DNA of 64,000 nucleotides from the human T2T-CHM13v2.0 reference genome, Homo sapiens (GCF_009914755.1 NC_060934.1); one strand, 5' to 3'. Positions 32,783 to 48,278 are shown, counted from the stretch's first letter. Notes: generated by a model not told the origin, from the letters alone. Numbers and translations are program-made.

Positions 32783-33584
32783 AGTCCTAGCAAACTAATA
32801 CAATTCAGAAGTAGAATTTCTGGGTCAGAATGTGTGTTCAGTTTCAATAAGTATTGTCAAATTGGTCTCCAAAAAACACCACCAGCAGAGAATGTAGGTT
32901 CACATGTCCCCACCTCCTCACCAAAACAAGATATTACATGACATTTTAACTCCCATCAACATGGGACATGCAAAGGAGATATCACATCACTATTGTTTTG
33001 ATTTGCACTTCTGATTACCAGTGTAAATGCTAATCTCTTTTTAGTTGATTAGTCAGCCATTCAAATATCCTTTCTATGAATTGCTTACTTGTATTCTTCA
33101 CCTGTTTTTCTCCTAGGTTGCCTGTTCATTTCCTTACTGACTTCAAAGAATTCCCTATATATTGTAAATATAATCTTTTGTCAGTAATATTCCTTGAAAA
33201 TATCCTCTCCCTGCTTCATATGTCCCTCTTTGTCTAGGATACCTTCCCTTGAACATTGTAACATCTGTATATGAAAGTTCCATTTTCTTCATATCCTTAC
33301 ACATTCTAGGTTATTGCCATACATTAATATCTACCAATTTAATGAGTAGATAAAGTATCCCATTGTTGTTTTAATGTGTCTTTACCCAGTAACTAGTGAA
33401 GAAAACTAAGTTTCTTTTGACTTATTTATGGGTCATTCTAGTTTTCTTTTCTGTGAATTACCTTTTCACATATCATTGACCCTATTGGATTGTTCGTTTT
33501 TTGATTATCTTTTCCTTATTAATTTTTTGGAGTTTTTAATAAAATCTTATGATAAATGACTTTTGTTAAATGATGTATGAGTCA

Positions 33585-34110
33585 ACTATTTTGACAATAA
33601 CACCATATAAAAAAAACTACCACTGAGGTTTAGAACTCAGTGGCCTAAGAAAACATTTATTATTTCTTGTGGATTTTCAGGTTGGCTAAAGATTGGCTAA
33701 TTCAGAATGGACCTGGCTTAGCTTGCCCCAGGCTATAGTTTTGGGATCCAGATCTGCTCCACATTTTTCTCATCCTCCTTGGACAAGTAGGCCACTTGGA
33801 GCATATTCTTCTCATGAACAGAAACACAAGATGGGCAAATGGAAACATTGAGTACCTCTTAAGGTGAAGGCTCAAAGTTGGCACTCTGCCTTTTCTGCCC
33901 ACATTCTAATGGGCAAAGCAAGTTATATGGCCAAGTCTAACTTTTCTGCCCACATTCCGACAGGCAAAACAAGTCATATGGCCAAGTCTAACATTAATGG
34001 AGCAGGGAAATACACTCTGCCTCTAGCAGGAGGAATTGCAAAGACACATGGCAAAGGGGATGGATATAGGGAGCAAGAGGATTGGGAAACAACAATGCAA
34101 TCCACTTTAT
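33585..34110 (-). mobile_element. Old MLT1 LTR with an internal ~51-bp tandem duplication (33889-33991)
   Basis: ttctgcccacattc...gcaagtcatatggccaagtc motif present twice in tandem. Confidence 0.65.
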
Positions 34111-36779
34111 ATGGATGAATGTAAACATACCCTGTCAACTGGTAGTTTTTGTTTCTTTTTATTGTTTTTTCAGTCTTTTAATTAATTAATTTTTGCATTA
34201 ATGTAATAATTTCAGTTTTTTACTTTATGGCTATGTTTTGGGAGTCTTATTTAAGAAATTATGTCCTATCCTAAGATCATAAATATATTCTATATTTTCC
34301 TCTAGAATGCAATCATAGGGATCAATAACCAATATATTTTAAATTAGCATATGCCTAAATGTAAGATTATATCATATAAACTAAAGGCCGAGGCACCCAA
34401 GTTAAGTAATCAAAATTAAAAATATTTACCCAAGGATGGCTACTTATTTCAGGTTAATTTTTTAGCTTGGTCTTTAAAATATATTAATGATACAGGCTGG
34501 CAAAGAAGAGAAAGACCCAGGAATTATAAGAAATCACAAAACTTGATTGTCTTTTATAAACAGATCTTTATTAATCTAAGCAGTATAGGTATATTCAAAA
34601 ATGCAAAGCACAAGAACACAGAAAAATATATACAATCTTCTGAGGTCATGCCACTGGAAAAGGAAAAAAGAAACTTTCACAGAACTGAACAATTATAAAA
34701 TGATATATGTTATGATGTCATATTTGTAAAATATATGTGTATATGTGGTAATAGCAGGGTCCACTTCAATAGTTTTGGGTAAAAATGAGGTCATTACTAT
34801 TAATTTTTCAAGCTAAAACCACTTCCCAATTGCCAGACTGGCAGGGAATCCAGTATCTCTCTTGTCTCTCAAATTGTTCAAAAACTCTGGGGGCATCTTC
34901 ATTCACATGCCACAGAGAAAGAAAGGCAGAGAAGTGGATTAGAATACAAGTGGGCTTTGTTGAAGGATGCTGGTGCTCTGTTCCTGGTACACAGTTTACT
35001 GATGGAAGCTGACTCCCCATAGTTCAGTGAGACCCTTTCTCCTGCTGCACTCTAGCTGTTGCTGTGGATCCAGTGAGAGGCCACAATGATTTAAGACAAG
35101 CATACCATTCCGGCAAATGTATGGCACAGAACCCATGCCTTCAACGTTTTAATTTACCAAGCCTAGTGGCTGAGTCAGGAGGGCCTTCCAGTCAGTTACA
35201 CATGTGCCAGAAACAAACACTTCTAGGGTAACATAGGCCACAAGGGGGGTTCTAGTTTAAGGGTCTTTGGTGTTCTTTCTCACTAGCAAATTTTAGTCAG
35301 TACTAATTTGATGCAGGGGTCAGAAGAACTCTTCCTAACAACAGATACATTGTAAAAGGAAAGAGTCCAGGTTTTCAGTCTTCTCCTGTTTGAAGGCTCC
35401 CAGATTCTACAAATTTCCTCCAGTCTCCCCAGTGTTGACCAGCCCTGCAGCTGAAACAAGACTAGAAAGGGCAAGCTTTCTCAAGTTAGAAAAAGACCCT
35501 TTTACGCTAGTATCTGAGACACAAAATGATAAGGATCTCATTAATGATTTCCAAACACTGGAGGAAAATTTTCCCTTACCTTAAGGTTCACAGATAAAAT
35601 ACAAAATGCCCACTTTGACTTTCAGATAAACAAAGAATAATTTTTTGGCATAAGTATGCCCTATGCAATATTTGGGACATACTTACACACGCACGCATGC
35701 ACACACACATATGTGCTGTTTCCTTGGAATTTAAATCAAGAGTGTGTCCTGTATTTTTATTTACTAAATCTGGCCACTTTACCTTATCTACTTCATGAAT
35801 TATAAACAAGGAAAAAGGGAGCTGAAACTCACTTGTGTCTAAATTTGCAACAACCTCACATCCCACCCATGTATCCTCACATCCTATCAAAGACTTGGGG
35901 CTGGCACAACCAATCAAAAAGTCAGCTTGCACCCCCTTACTTCAAAGAAGCTGCTTTTCAGGTAGCCAGGGGTGTTTCCTAGACACCTCCTAGCAATACA
36001 TTTCTAACTACACTCAGCCAGAAGATTTTGAGTCGCAGAAATGCAGCACAGGATGAGAGGGGACAAGGAAAGAATGACATATTGTACTCTGGTATGAGAA
36101 AGCCCCAAAAGAGAAGGCAGACATAAGAAAAACACAGACAGAAGGGTGCTCTGGAGATTAGGTTTTATGTGTCTCTTTTAGAAAGGTGAATCGAATTGCT
36201 TCAGATTATCTAGGGTTAAATTCACCTCCAAGTAGAGGAACAAATAATAGGAGTAGGAGAAGAGTTGCCCCGATGCAAATGTACCTCCTGTAGCCCAGAA
36301 ACTTAACAAGATACTTGTCCTTCACTTTAAGATTTGAGAGAATAATTCTGTAGAATCAAAACTAATACTGATTGAGCTCAAAGGCTACACATACCTCATT
36401 TCTGACAAACACCAGGACTAAATATAAATCTTATGTATTTCAAAAATAACAGAAAAAAACAAAATTTAAAAATCGTGTAACATAAAAGAGGAAGACACTT
36501 TCTTAAAGATGTAAGGGAAAATTATCACCAAGACAAAAGAAAATTTAGAATATATCTCTTCTGTGTTCTCAGTGAAATACCCAAAAATGTAAATTCTAGG
36601 AAAGAAGTGATGGAAAGGCTAAAAAGAAAAGAAAGTTGACTGAAGTGACAGGTCAAGATAAAAAGAGACCTGGCAAAGATTTAAACATCCAAGAATTTGG
36701 CAAAAGAAAAAGACAATGAAGTAATTAAAATCTGAATCATTCCTCTCCTTTATCTCCTGCCTCTCTACCAGCAGCTTCA

Positions 36780-38090
36780 TCATTCAGAGGGCAAAAGAAG
36801 CAAAGAATGGAACTGCTACCCTGGATTTAATTATTACCAACAAAGAATGATACGTTAGGGAAGTGAAAGTGACAGGAACCTTGGGGAAAATTGAACATAT
36901 CACCTTAGAGTTCATTACAGTAAAGAAAGAAAACACAAAGCAAAGTAAGACAAGTATCTTAGATTGCTTAGCAGTTGAGAGAAAATATAAGAATGTCCCA
37001 GAGCCACAGACTTTAAATGAAAAATAGGTCAAAAAACTTAAGCCATTACTACATCACACAGATGGTATACAAGGAGCCTTCTAAAGAGCTGAGATGTTTA
37101 AAGAACACACAAAAGAAGGAAGAAGGTAAAGGTTAGGATGAACACATCACTGTAGTATCAGTCTATTAGAAAAGTAGTGTAAACCTAGGATGAGCAAAGA
37201 CTTAAACAACACAAAAACTTTTAAGGTTGTGTTTGATGATGGAAGTAGATAAAAAAGGTACAAGTCTCCTCCTCCCCCAGACAGATTTCATATTAACAAG
37301 TAATAGAGAGAAAGCAAAATAACAATATTTTTACTTTGCTTTCATCTTGTCTCCCAAGGAGAATGGTCTTTAAAATAAAAAGATTGTACCAACAATCTTG
37401 AGATGAAATTGATAAACGAGAAAGGAGAAAAGATAGTAAGAGAATGCTTAACAATTTAGATAAATGACCATTTCTGGGTATATTCCATTAAAGCAGGGTT
37501 TCTCATCTTCAGTGCTATTGACATTTGAGGCTGGATAACTCTTTATGGTTGGGGGCTTTCCTGTGTGTTGTAAAATGTTTAGCAGCATCCCTGGCTTCTA
37601 CCCACTAGATGCCAAAAGAACCTGCCCCCTAGTTATGACAGCCAAAAATGTCTCCAGACATTGCCAAATGTCCTCTGAGAAGCAAAAGCACCCTGAGTTG
37701 AGAACCACTATTTTACAGAGCACTGAAAAACATGCACATATTATCACAGAATTCTTGCTGGCATTTGGCATACTAATGGAAAATGAGAGTGGTAACAGAA
37801 TATTGGGAATTCACAAATGTTTTCCCATATATCAGAAAGGTAGAATTTAAAAAGTAAAACCAAATTCTATCTTGGTCTCTAGAAAAGTATCAAAATATTA
37901 TTAATTAGAAAAGAGAACAATGATTTTTTGCTACATTGGTATAGGTTCATTAGGAGCCACTCATAGTAAACTAACTTAATTTTCTTCTCTTCCTTTTTTT
38001 AAAAAAATCATTGCTAAAAGATAAAATTGGTTTCACTCAAACATTTTTTAAATCTTTTGTGAAATTTTCTTTGCCAAGATAAAGAAATGT
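36780..38090 (+). mobile_element. L3/CR1 LINE remnant (ORF2 endonuclease end onward), interrupted by MER20; boundaries approximate
   Basis: Sequence at ~36812-36915 translates TATLDLIITNKE*YVREVKVTGTLGKIEHITLEF, matching the CR1 LDL.LTN...V.V...LG.SDH..+EF motif. Confidence 0.65.
37493..37713 (+). mobile_element. MER20 (hAT-Charlie)
   Basis: cagggtttctca...gctattgacatttgaggctggataa...agcagcatccctggcttctacccactagatgcca...ttgagaaccact. Confidence 0.92.
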
Positions 38091-39269
38091 GAGCTATCTC
38101 ATACACTGTTGGTCAAAGTGAATATTGGTAAAATCTCTTTGAAAAGCATTCTGGCAGTATCCACAAAATTTTATATGCACGAATTATTGAACAAAGTAAT
38201 GCCACTTCTAGGGATCTGAACATACGAACAAAGATGTATATCACAAACTGCAGAATTGTTTGTAGCAACAAAAGGTAGAAACAACCTAAATGTGCATTAA
38301 TAAGGGACTGGTTAAATAAATTGTCATATATTCTTTCATTGGTCTGACTTTTAATTATTATTAGTGGGTCAGAAAAGCCTTAAAAAATATATAGAATCTA
38401 ATTGGATGTCAATTGAGTAACAGTAGGAGAGATATTAAAAATATTTAACAACCAGCATGGCTCAGGCCCCAAGCAATCAGAGCTTAGGCTGGAGCTGTCT
38501 TGGAAGCTTCATCCTGTGCCAAGTGTTTACCTTTCAGTTGCTGGGTCTAGGAAAGGTCCAGGGGGTCTCAAGCAGAGGCCAAGTGAAGGAAAATCACTGG
38601 TAAGGGTAAGGGAGAAGTACAAAAGCATTTCATATTTTAACAATTTGTATGCCTCACTAGGGACTATCAGTCCTCACTAACAGATAAAACATTAAAATAA
38701 CTCAGAATAACATGGAGCAATAAATTGACTGAAATAGAACCCAGATTTCACCAATCAATCATGGCTTGGGTGAGATTTTAGAACGTCACAGGAATCAGAT
38801 CCTTCTAGGAAAGCTGCGATGGGGCTTCCAGTGTCCAGCCCAAAAGCACCAAACGGTAGAAACCAGTACTTCTGTATCACTGTCCAATCTTCCCAGCTGC
38901 ATTGTCTTTGTTTCTCTGGCTCTCATGGAGAATCTATGAACTACCTAATGTCATTTATGAAACTCTTGTTGCTTAAACCAGCTAAAGTAGACTTTAGTTA
39001 TAATCAAAAACCCTGGCTAAGGTACCCTTTACTAAAATAAATATGCATATATAACTTTTTACTTTAAGAAAGTTAATTTTTATAAATGACTTTTTAAAAA
39101 AGATATGTGGACTGATTAGTTACAGATCTGAGGAAACACCTGGTTGAAGAAATAAATCCAAAAGAGCAGTATAGAGATCTAGATCCCAAAAGCCCATATG
39201 AATATTAGCTGTGTATCAACCACCGGAGGCACTTCTTAAAAATACAAATGTGGACCCAAATCAATGGCT

Positions 39270-41320
<2,051 letters not shown>

Positions 41321-41969
41321 AACCTGCATAACATTATGCCTTTTTTTTCTTGACCCAAATTAGGGTTCTGTCAATTAGCAAGCAGAGGAGAATACATGGA
41401 TATTGCATAGGCAACCAACAGTGTCTATCACAGACTATTTGATTCTTAAGATTCCTTTGTAATCCCACATTGGGAAAATAGAAATTGCAGAGTCTAACAG
41501 AAAAGCAAGTTAATCCTGCAAATTCCCATGAAAACATGACCCATGAGCTTCAGCCCTGGACTAAGAACCCAGGATCTCTTCTGGTGAATCTCAGAGAAGT
41601 TGGTTTATGTATTACTCTGTCTTCACCCCCATCCACAAAAACACACACATTAGAAAGGAAACATCATGAGGACAGGGTCTATTTTTGGTTCACTGGTATT
41701 TATCTCCAGACTAAGAACTATGTCTGGCACACAAGTCATATAGAATGAATGAATGAATTCCAAACCAACATTAGAGTAGACCCAGTGTAGCCCTTCAGCA
41801 ATCCTGCCTCTCAGTTATTCTGTGGGCTCCTCAATGAGCTAACTCTGGGCCTCTTTGAACTGATGCCACCCCTAGAGGCCTCATCAACTGAGAATTGGTA
41901 ATTCATTTATTACCCAGTTAATTGTATACCTTCATCCCAATTCTCTGCCTTCATGCATATAGGTAAGAG

Positions 41970-42845
41970 TGTGTCCAGAATTGGTTCCTTCTGGTGGGTT
42001 CTTGATCTCACTGACTTCAAGAACGAAGCCACAGACACTCGTGGTGAGTGTTACCACTCTTAAAGATGTTGTGTCCAGAGTTTGTTCCTTTAGATGTGTC
42101 CAGAGTTTCTTCCTTCCGGTGGGTTCACGGTCTTGCTGACTTCAGGAGTGAAGCCACAGACCTTCTCAGTGAGTGTTACAGCTCTTAAAGGCGGCATATC
42201 CGGAGTGGTTTGTTCCTCCCGATGGGTTCACGGTCTCGCTCACGTCAGGAATGAAGCCGCAGACCCTCGTGGTGAGTATTACAGCTCATAAAGGTAATGC
42301 GAACCCAAAGAGTGAGCAACAGCAAAATTTATTGTGAAGAGCAAAAGAACAAAGCTTCCACAGCATGGAAGGGGACCTGAGCGGGTTGCCGCTGCTGGCT
42401 CAGGTGGCCAGCTTTTATTCCCTTATTTGGCCCCACCCACATCCTGCTGATTGGTCCATTTTACAGAGCGCTGATTGGTCCGTTTTACAGAGTGCTGATT
42501 GGTCCGTTTTTACAGAGTGCTGATTGGCACGTTTACAAACCTTTAGCTAGACACAGAGCACTGACTGGTGCGTTTTTACAGACTGCTGATTGGTGCATTT
42601 ACAAACCTTTAGCTAGACACAGAGTGCTGATTGGTGCATTTTTGCAGAGTGCTGATTGGTGCATTTACACATCTTTAGCCAGACACAGAGCACTGATTTG
42701 TGCGTTTTTACAGAGTGCTGACTGGTGCGTTTACAAACCTTTAGCTAGACACAGAGTGCTGACTGATGCGTTTACAACCTTTAGCTAGACAGAAAATTCT
42801 CCAAGTCCCCACCCAACCCAGAAGCCCAGCCGGCTTCATCTCTCA
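41970..42845 (-). promoter_or_regulatory. 3' LTR12 (876 bp)
   Basis: Same organisation with a longer CCAAT array (~7 intact boxes, 42445-42790). Poly(A) signal at 42328-42333; preceded by PPT agagggggga at 42847-42856. Confidence 0.93.
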
Positions 42846-43016
42846 ATCCCCCCTCTAAACAGGACACCCCAACTGCTTTTGGGAATTGGGCGATGACCGC
42901 TCTAGCTACTTCCTGCTGGATAGGGGCAAAGAAGGGGCCTGCCCTGCAGTTCTAGTTTCCTCCAGAGGGGATCTCTTTAGGCCAGTGAAAGGGCCAGCGG
43001 GTCACTCCAGGGGTCC

Positions 43017-43490
43017 TCAGTAGAAGTTGTTAGTTGAGCTCATTTGGGGTTCCATTTGTAAGACCATCTGTAACTTGATGGCCTTGATTCTAGAGGAAAC
43101 AAATTTGACGAAGAGGTTAAAAATACAGGGCCCGAAGGTGAGTAATAGCAAGATTGCTGTCATGGGACCTAGAAAAGGGAGAAGCCATGTTGCCCAACTC
43201 CAGAGGTTGGTATAAGAGTTTGAAAGGTGTTGTCTGATTTCAGAAGCCTTTTCCTGTAAACGCTGGGCGGCATCTTGTACTATCCCTGACTGGTTAGTGT
43301 AAAAGCAACACTCTTCCGCTAAGAAGGTGCAAAGTCCTCCTTTCTCAGCAGTGAGGAGGTCTAAGCCTCGGCAGTTTTGGAGAGTCACTGCTGCCGAAGA
43401 GTCTATTTGGGATTGTAGAGTAAGGATAGATTTTGTTATTTCTTGCAAACTGTCTGAGAAATCCTTTGAGAGTGTGTGGTAGTAGGATAA
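43017..43490 (-). pseudogene. HERV9 env TM-subunit remnant
   Basis: Immunosuppressive domain LQNCRGLDLLTAEKGGL, CX6CC (CTFLAEECC) and membrane anchor WLLPFLGP...FGPCIFN; no SU, signal peptide or fusion peptide. Confidence 0.9.
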
Positions 43491-44084
43491 TACATGTTAC
43501 TCCGTTAACTTTTAGCAAACTTTACTTTTGTTGAAAACCTTGTAAGTTTGGGATTTTAATTATTCTTTGCTATTAATAAACCCTCGTTCAGTCCATATTA
43601 ACTTAGAATTGGTATAGATGGCTCCTTCCTGATTCTGTAAGTACTTTAAGGTTTAGCTGAGTGCAAACAGCTTGCACATTTAAGCAGACCAATTATTAGG
43701 CAATTTTCCTAACTCTGCTTCTACAAGAGTTTCCTTATCACTTACTGAACACCCATTGTCTTTTTCCCTTAATCGCCCAGGAGGAACCATCTATCGTCCT
43801 GTCCTGAAGGGAGTTCCTCCTAGGTCTGGTTGGACCTTTGTATGGTAATTAATTATGATTTAGATCCCCTGTTAGGAAACTTGCTGTGTTAAGGATTTTA
43901 GATAGGAAGGCTATGGGTTGTCAGTGGCCTCAGTGCTTTCGGGCTACACCCTTGTTTACACTGACAACAAGGTGGTATTTGAGTGTTATAGGGTTACAGA
44001 GAAGACCTTCAATTATCAATTATAGGTTTTTAATTTACCCTGGCTTTTAAAGGAATAGGGTACACTGTTTTTTCTTTACTACTT

Positions 44085-44340
44085 CTATCTCTCTCTTTCT
44101 CCCTCTTTGATTTCTTCATCTGTCTGTCTCTTTCTCTCTGACTCCCTCTTTGTCTCTTCCTCTTTCCTTGTTTGACTTTCTGTCTCTCTGTATCTTCCTC
44201 TCTCTGTCTCTCTCTTTGACTCCTTCTTTGTCTCTGTCTCTTCCTCTGTCTCCTTCTCTTTGTCTATCTGTTTCTTCCTCTCTCTCTTTCCTTCTGTCTT
44301 TGACTTTGTCTCTCTCTTTCTTTCTCTCCATCTTTTCTCT
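44085..44340. repeat. CT/AG-rich low-complexity tract inside the provirus
   Basis: (TCTC/TGTC)n seen directly; it is the source of several spurious charged ORFs. Confidence 0.9.
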
Positions 44341-44359
44341 CTGGTGGTTTTGGCAGTCT

Positions 44360-45589
44360 TATACTCCTTGGGTTTTTGCATTGTATGCAATAACTCCAGG
44401 GTTTCCTTGTGATATTTAATGGGGGTTCCCCCAGAGGTTAGGAACTCCCTTTCTTTCCATATTGCAGCATGGGCATGTAGGATTAGATAAGCATACTTGC
44501 TATCTGTATACACATTTATTCTTCTTCCCTTTCCCAGTTCTAAGGCTTGGGTAAGTGCCACTAGTTCTGCTAACTGGGTGCTGGTCCCTGGGGGAAGAGG
44601 CTTAGTTTCAAGTACTGTTACTATGGCATAACCTGCCCTTCGTATCCCATTCTCCACAAATGAACTTTCATCGGTATATAGGTTAAGGTCAGGATTAGCT
44701 AAGGGGACTTCTAAGAGATCATCTTGGGTGGCATAAGTCTGGACTATAACCTGTTGGTAGCCATGCTTGACCAGCTCCTCATCCTCTGGTAGAAAAGTGG
44801 CAGGGCTGAGGGCCACACATGTATGCACTTGAAGCACTGGTCCCTCAAGGAGTAGCGCCTGGTATCTAAGCAGGCGGTTGTCTGATAACCATAAACTTCC
44901 TTTGGCACCTAGTATGCCATTTACATTGTGAGTAGTCCAGACAGTGAGATCCTTTCCTTGTATTATTTTGATAGCCTCTGACACTAAGACAGCCACCGCC
45001 ACAACTACCTGTAAACAGTGAGGCCAGACTTTTGCTACTATATCAATTTCCTTACTTAGGTATGTCACTGATTGTGGGGTTGTCCCATGAGTCTGAGTAA
45101 GGACCCCAAGAGCTATTCCTGCTCTCTTTGTGATGTATAAAGAAAAGTTTTGTCCTGTGGGAAGGCTTAAGGATGGACCTTGAGTTTGTTCCTTCCAATG
45201 CCCAGACTTCAGGGTTGATTCCCTCCTCAAGCAGGGGACAACAAATGGGTAACTTGTTCCCCATATTCATAGATAATAGCTCCAGCTTTGGCTAATATGT
45301 CCCTCCCTAATAAGGGTGTGGGACTTTCAGACACAACAAGAAAGGCATGTGAAAAGAGCAAAGTCTCCCAGTTACAACTGAGGAGGTGGGAGAAATACCT
45401 GGTTACAGGCCATCCCAGGATTCCTCAGATGGTAACGGACCTTGAGGACAGCTGTCCAGGACAGGAGATTAACACTGAGAAGGCCATGCCAGTGTCCAGG
45501 AGGAAATCAATTTCCTGGCCCTCAATGGTTAAACATACCCGGGGCTCAGTGAGGGTGATGACATGAGCTGGCACTTGCCCCGGGCATCC
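44360..45589 (-). pseudogene. HERV9 pro-pol remnant: protease, tether and RNase H; RT core and integrase deleted
   Basis: ...EEGINPEVWALEG joins directly to LSLPTGQNFSLY at ~45190. RNase H motifs LYTDESS, QLAELVAL and VYTDSKY. The sequence stops abruptly at ~44360. Confidence 0.88.
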
Positions 45590-47046
45590 TCAGTCCTGTT
45601 GTTGGATCATCTGGTTGGGGGCTTCTGGCCCAGAGAACCATTGTACTCTGGGGCAGTGAGCCTTCCAGTGATTGCCTCCGCATAGTGGACATGGGTGAGG
45701 GAGCAGCTTATTTCTAGTAGGACAATCTTTTTTAAAGTGTCCTTGCAAACCATACTGAATACAAGCCCTACCAGGTGATTGACCTGCTCTATTTTCTGTC
45801 CTCTCTGAACCACCAAGGTTTGTTTGTCTGAGGGCCATGACTAAGGCTGTGGCCTTTCTCTGATCTTGCTTTTCTTTTTGGGCCTGTTTCTCTTGGTCCC
45901 TATTATAGAACACCGAGGTTGCCAGGTTTAATAATGCCTCCAGATTTTGTTCAGGGCGCAAGGCTCGCTTTTGGAGCTTTCTCCTGATATCTGTGGCTGA
46001 TTAGGTAATAAACTTATCTTTTAGAATCAATTGACCCTCGAGTGGGTCGGGTGACAGGAGAGTATATTTTCTTAAGGCCTCCCATAGCTGTTCGAGGAAG
46101 GCAGAAGGATTTTCTTCCTTTCCCTGAGTTACGGTGGACATCATTGAATAATTCACAGGCTTTTTCCTAATTCTCCTTAGTCCTTCTAAAACACAGGTCA
46201 ACAGATGTTTGCAACTCCAGTCCCCATGATCTGAGTCGAGGTCCCAGTGGGGATCCATACTGGGGATGGCTTGCTGACCAGTAGGGAATTTGCCCCTTTC
46301 TTCGACTGTCATTCTATCATTTACTTGACTAAGATACCAGGTATCTCCAAACTCTCGGGCTGCAACTAAAGCCACATTCTTTTCATTAAAGGCCAGAGTT
46401 TGACCTAATAGCATGATATCTCTCCAAGTGAGGTCAAAGGTTTGCCCTAGACCCTGTAAGACATCTATATACCTAACAGGATCATCTGAAAACTTCCCCA
46501 GATCTGCCTTGATCTGCTTTAAATCAGAGAGGGAGAAGGGGACATGTACCCGGGTTGGGCCAAATTCCCCTCCCCCTACAGCTTGAAGGGGACATAAATG
46601 ATAGCTCAGGGGTTTTTGTGGTCCTTTGGAGATTTCTTTGTTTGTTTCCTTCTGGGTGGGGGAGATTAGAGGAGGCTTATCATTAATAGGAAGGGGAGCT
46701 ATAGGGAGGCTAGGATATGGAGGTAAGCTGAGAGGTCCTCCTGTGGGATGTAAATTGCAAGTTTTGCATAGTTGTGTATTCTCCTTCAATGAAAAGAAAG
46801 CTTGGACATAAGGTATTTCACTCCATTTGCCTTCCTTCTTACAGAAAAAGTCAAGCTGCAGGATAGGATTGTACTTTATACTTCCTTCAGGTGGCCATCT
46901 TTCCCATCAGAGAGAGAATATTGGGGCCAGGCCATAGTGCAGAAAAAAGTTAGCTGCCTCTTTTTCAGGGTTTGCAGGTCAAATTGGTCCCAATGGCTTA
47001 GGATGCATTTCAAGGGTGAGCCTGTTGATGCCTGAGTGTTTCCCAT
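45590..47046 (-). pseudogene. HERV9 gag, disrupted
   Basis: MGNTQASTGSPLKCILSHWDQFD start; capsid [10 protein letters not shown]...[12 protein letters not shown]; zinc knuckles CIQYGLQGHFKKDC (mutated) and CPLCGGNHWKAHC; several frameshifts or stops. Confidence 0.9.
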
Positions 47047-48278
47047 CTGAAAGACAAAACCACCCTTGGTCTTGGTTTGTTTCTACCCCTCCCCAAGAAC
47101 CCACAATAGTCCCTGGACCCTGCTGATTGGAATAGTTGCACTTACTGATGCAGCAACAGAAACACCTCTTGCCCAAGAACCCGCAACGGTCCCTGGACCC
47201 TGCTGATCAGAATAGTTGTGCTCACCGACGCAGCATCAGAAACACTAGTTTTCCTCTTAGACCAAAAAGAGGACCGAGGAAGGTCAGATTTAGTGGCCCT
47301 TACTGATGCATTCTCAAAAACCTGCATTCTTGCCTGTCCTCTTAGACCACAAAGAGGACCAAGAAAAATTGGATTTAGTGGCCCTTACCGATGCATTCTC
47401 AAAAAGCTGTTAGAGTCCTAAGCATTATCCTGTTAGTATTGGGACCTTACCACTGTCCTATAAAGATGTTATGCCCCAAAAATGAACCGGACGGACATAC
47501 CCTGAGAGAGGGAAAGGATCTCCAGAGTTGGAAGAGTGATGCTTTTTGTCCTCACTTATATGAATAGGAAAGATACCATTTCCGAAGCTCCCCATATCCT
47601 AGCTTCAGGAATAGCTTTTGTTAGGCCTGCTTGTCTGAAGAGGGATCCTAAAATTCCAGATAGTCCCTTGCCCAGATGGGACTTTGGGCAAAAATTATGT
47701 CTTTCTGATTGGTGAGCCCGGGTGCCTAAAGAAGGTAAAAGAGTCCTGAAGTTTATACTAGAAATCATTCTTATAGGAGAAACTAGAAAAGCACCAGAGA
47801 CAGGGAGTGCTTTTTAGAAGTGGACTAGCCTCAGAGAAGAGAGGCGAGAGGAAGTTTGTCTGACAGGCATTAGGACCCAGGAGGCAAGGGTCAGGAGATA
47901 GGATAGATGGGCAAGTCTCGCTTGGGTGACATGATTTTGAGAGTTCCACTCATGGCCGCAGGGTCAACCAACTTGTTGTTGGGACCCCGGAGCTGAATGG
48001 CTTTCCTCTCTGTCAACCCTCGGCTCAGCCTGGAAGTACCATTAAAGTGGAAGCTGGCTCCAGGCAAACCAACATTCCCAACTCCATAGAGTCAGGGATT
48101 GTTAGAGAGCCCTATCCCAGAAAGCCTGGCACCTGTGTCTTTAGTCCAGCGGCCGCGCTAGTTGCTTTTAGCTGACCGACAGGTGCCCAGTATTTACCCC
48201 CAGAATTCTAAGGAAAAACAGGACAGAATAGCAAGCAAAAGGGGTCTGATGGTACTCATCACTTGGCAATAGGCGAGA

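Noticed and set aside
35833-35930. Possible further first exon (CAA|GTGAGT donor at 35832, CCAAT at 35910)
   Set aside because: Only two short motifs, expected by chance in 48 kb, with no other support from the sequence.
42440-42795. Regularly spaced repeats resembling a CRISPR array
   Set aside because: The units are contiguous LTR12 CCAAT tandem repeats without unique spacers, in a mammalian context with no cas genes.
44085-45230. 381-aa ORF with a highly charged tail
   Set aside because: HERV9 tether/RNase H remnant running into an AG-rich simple repeat; no true start and no RT.
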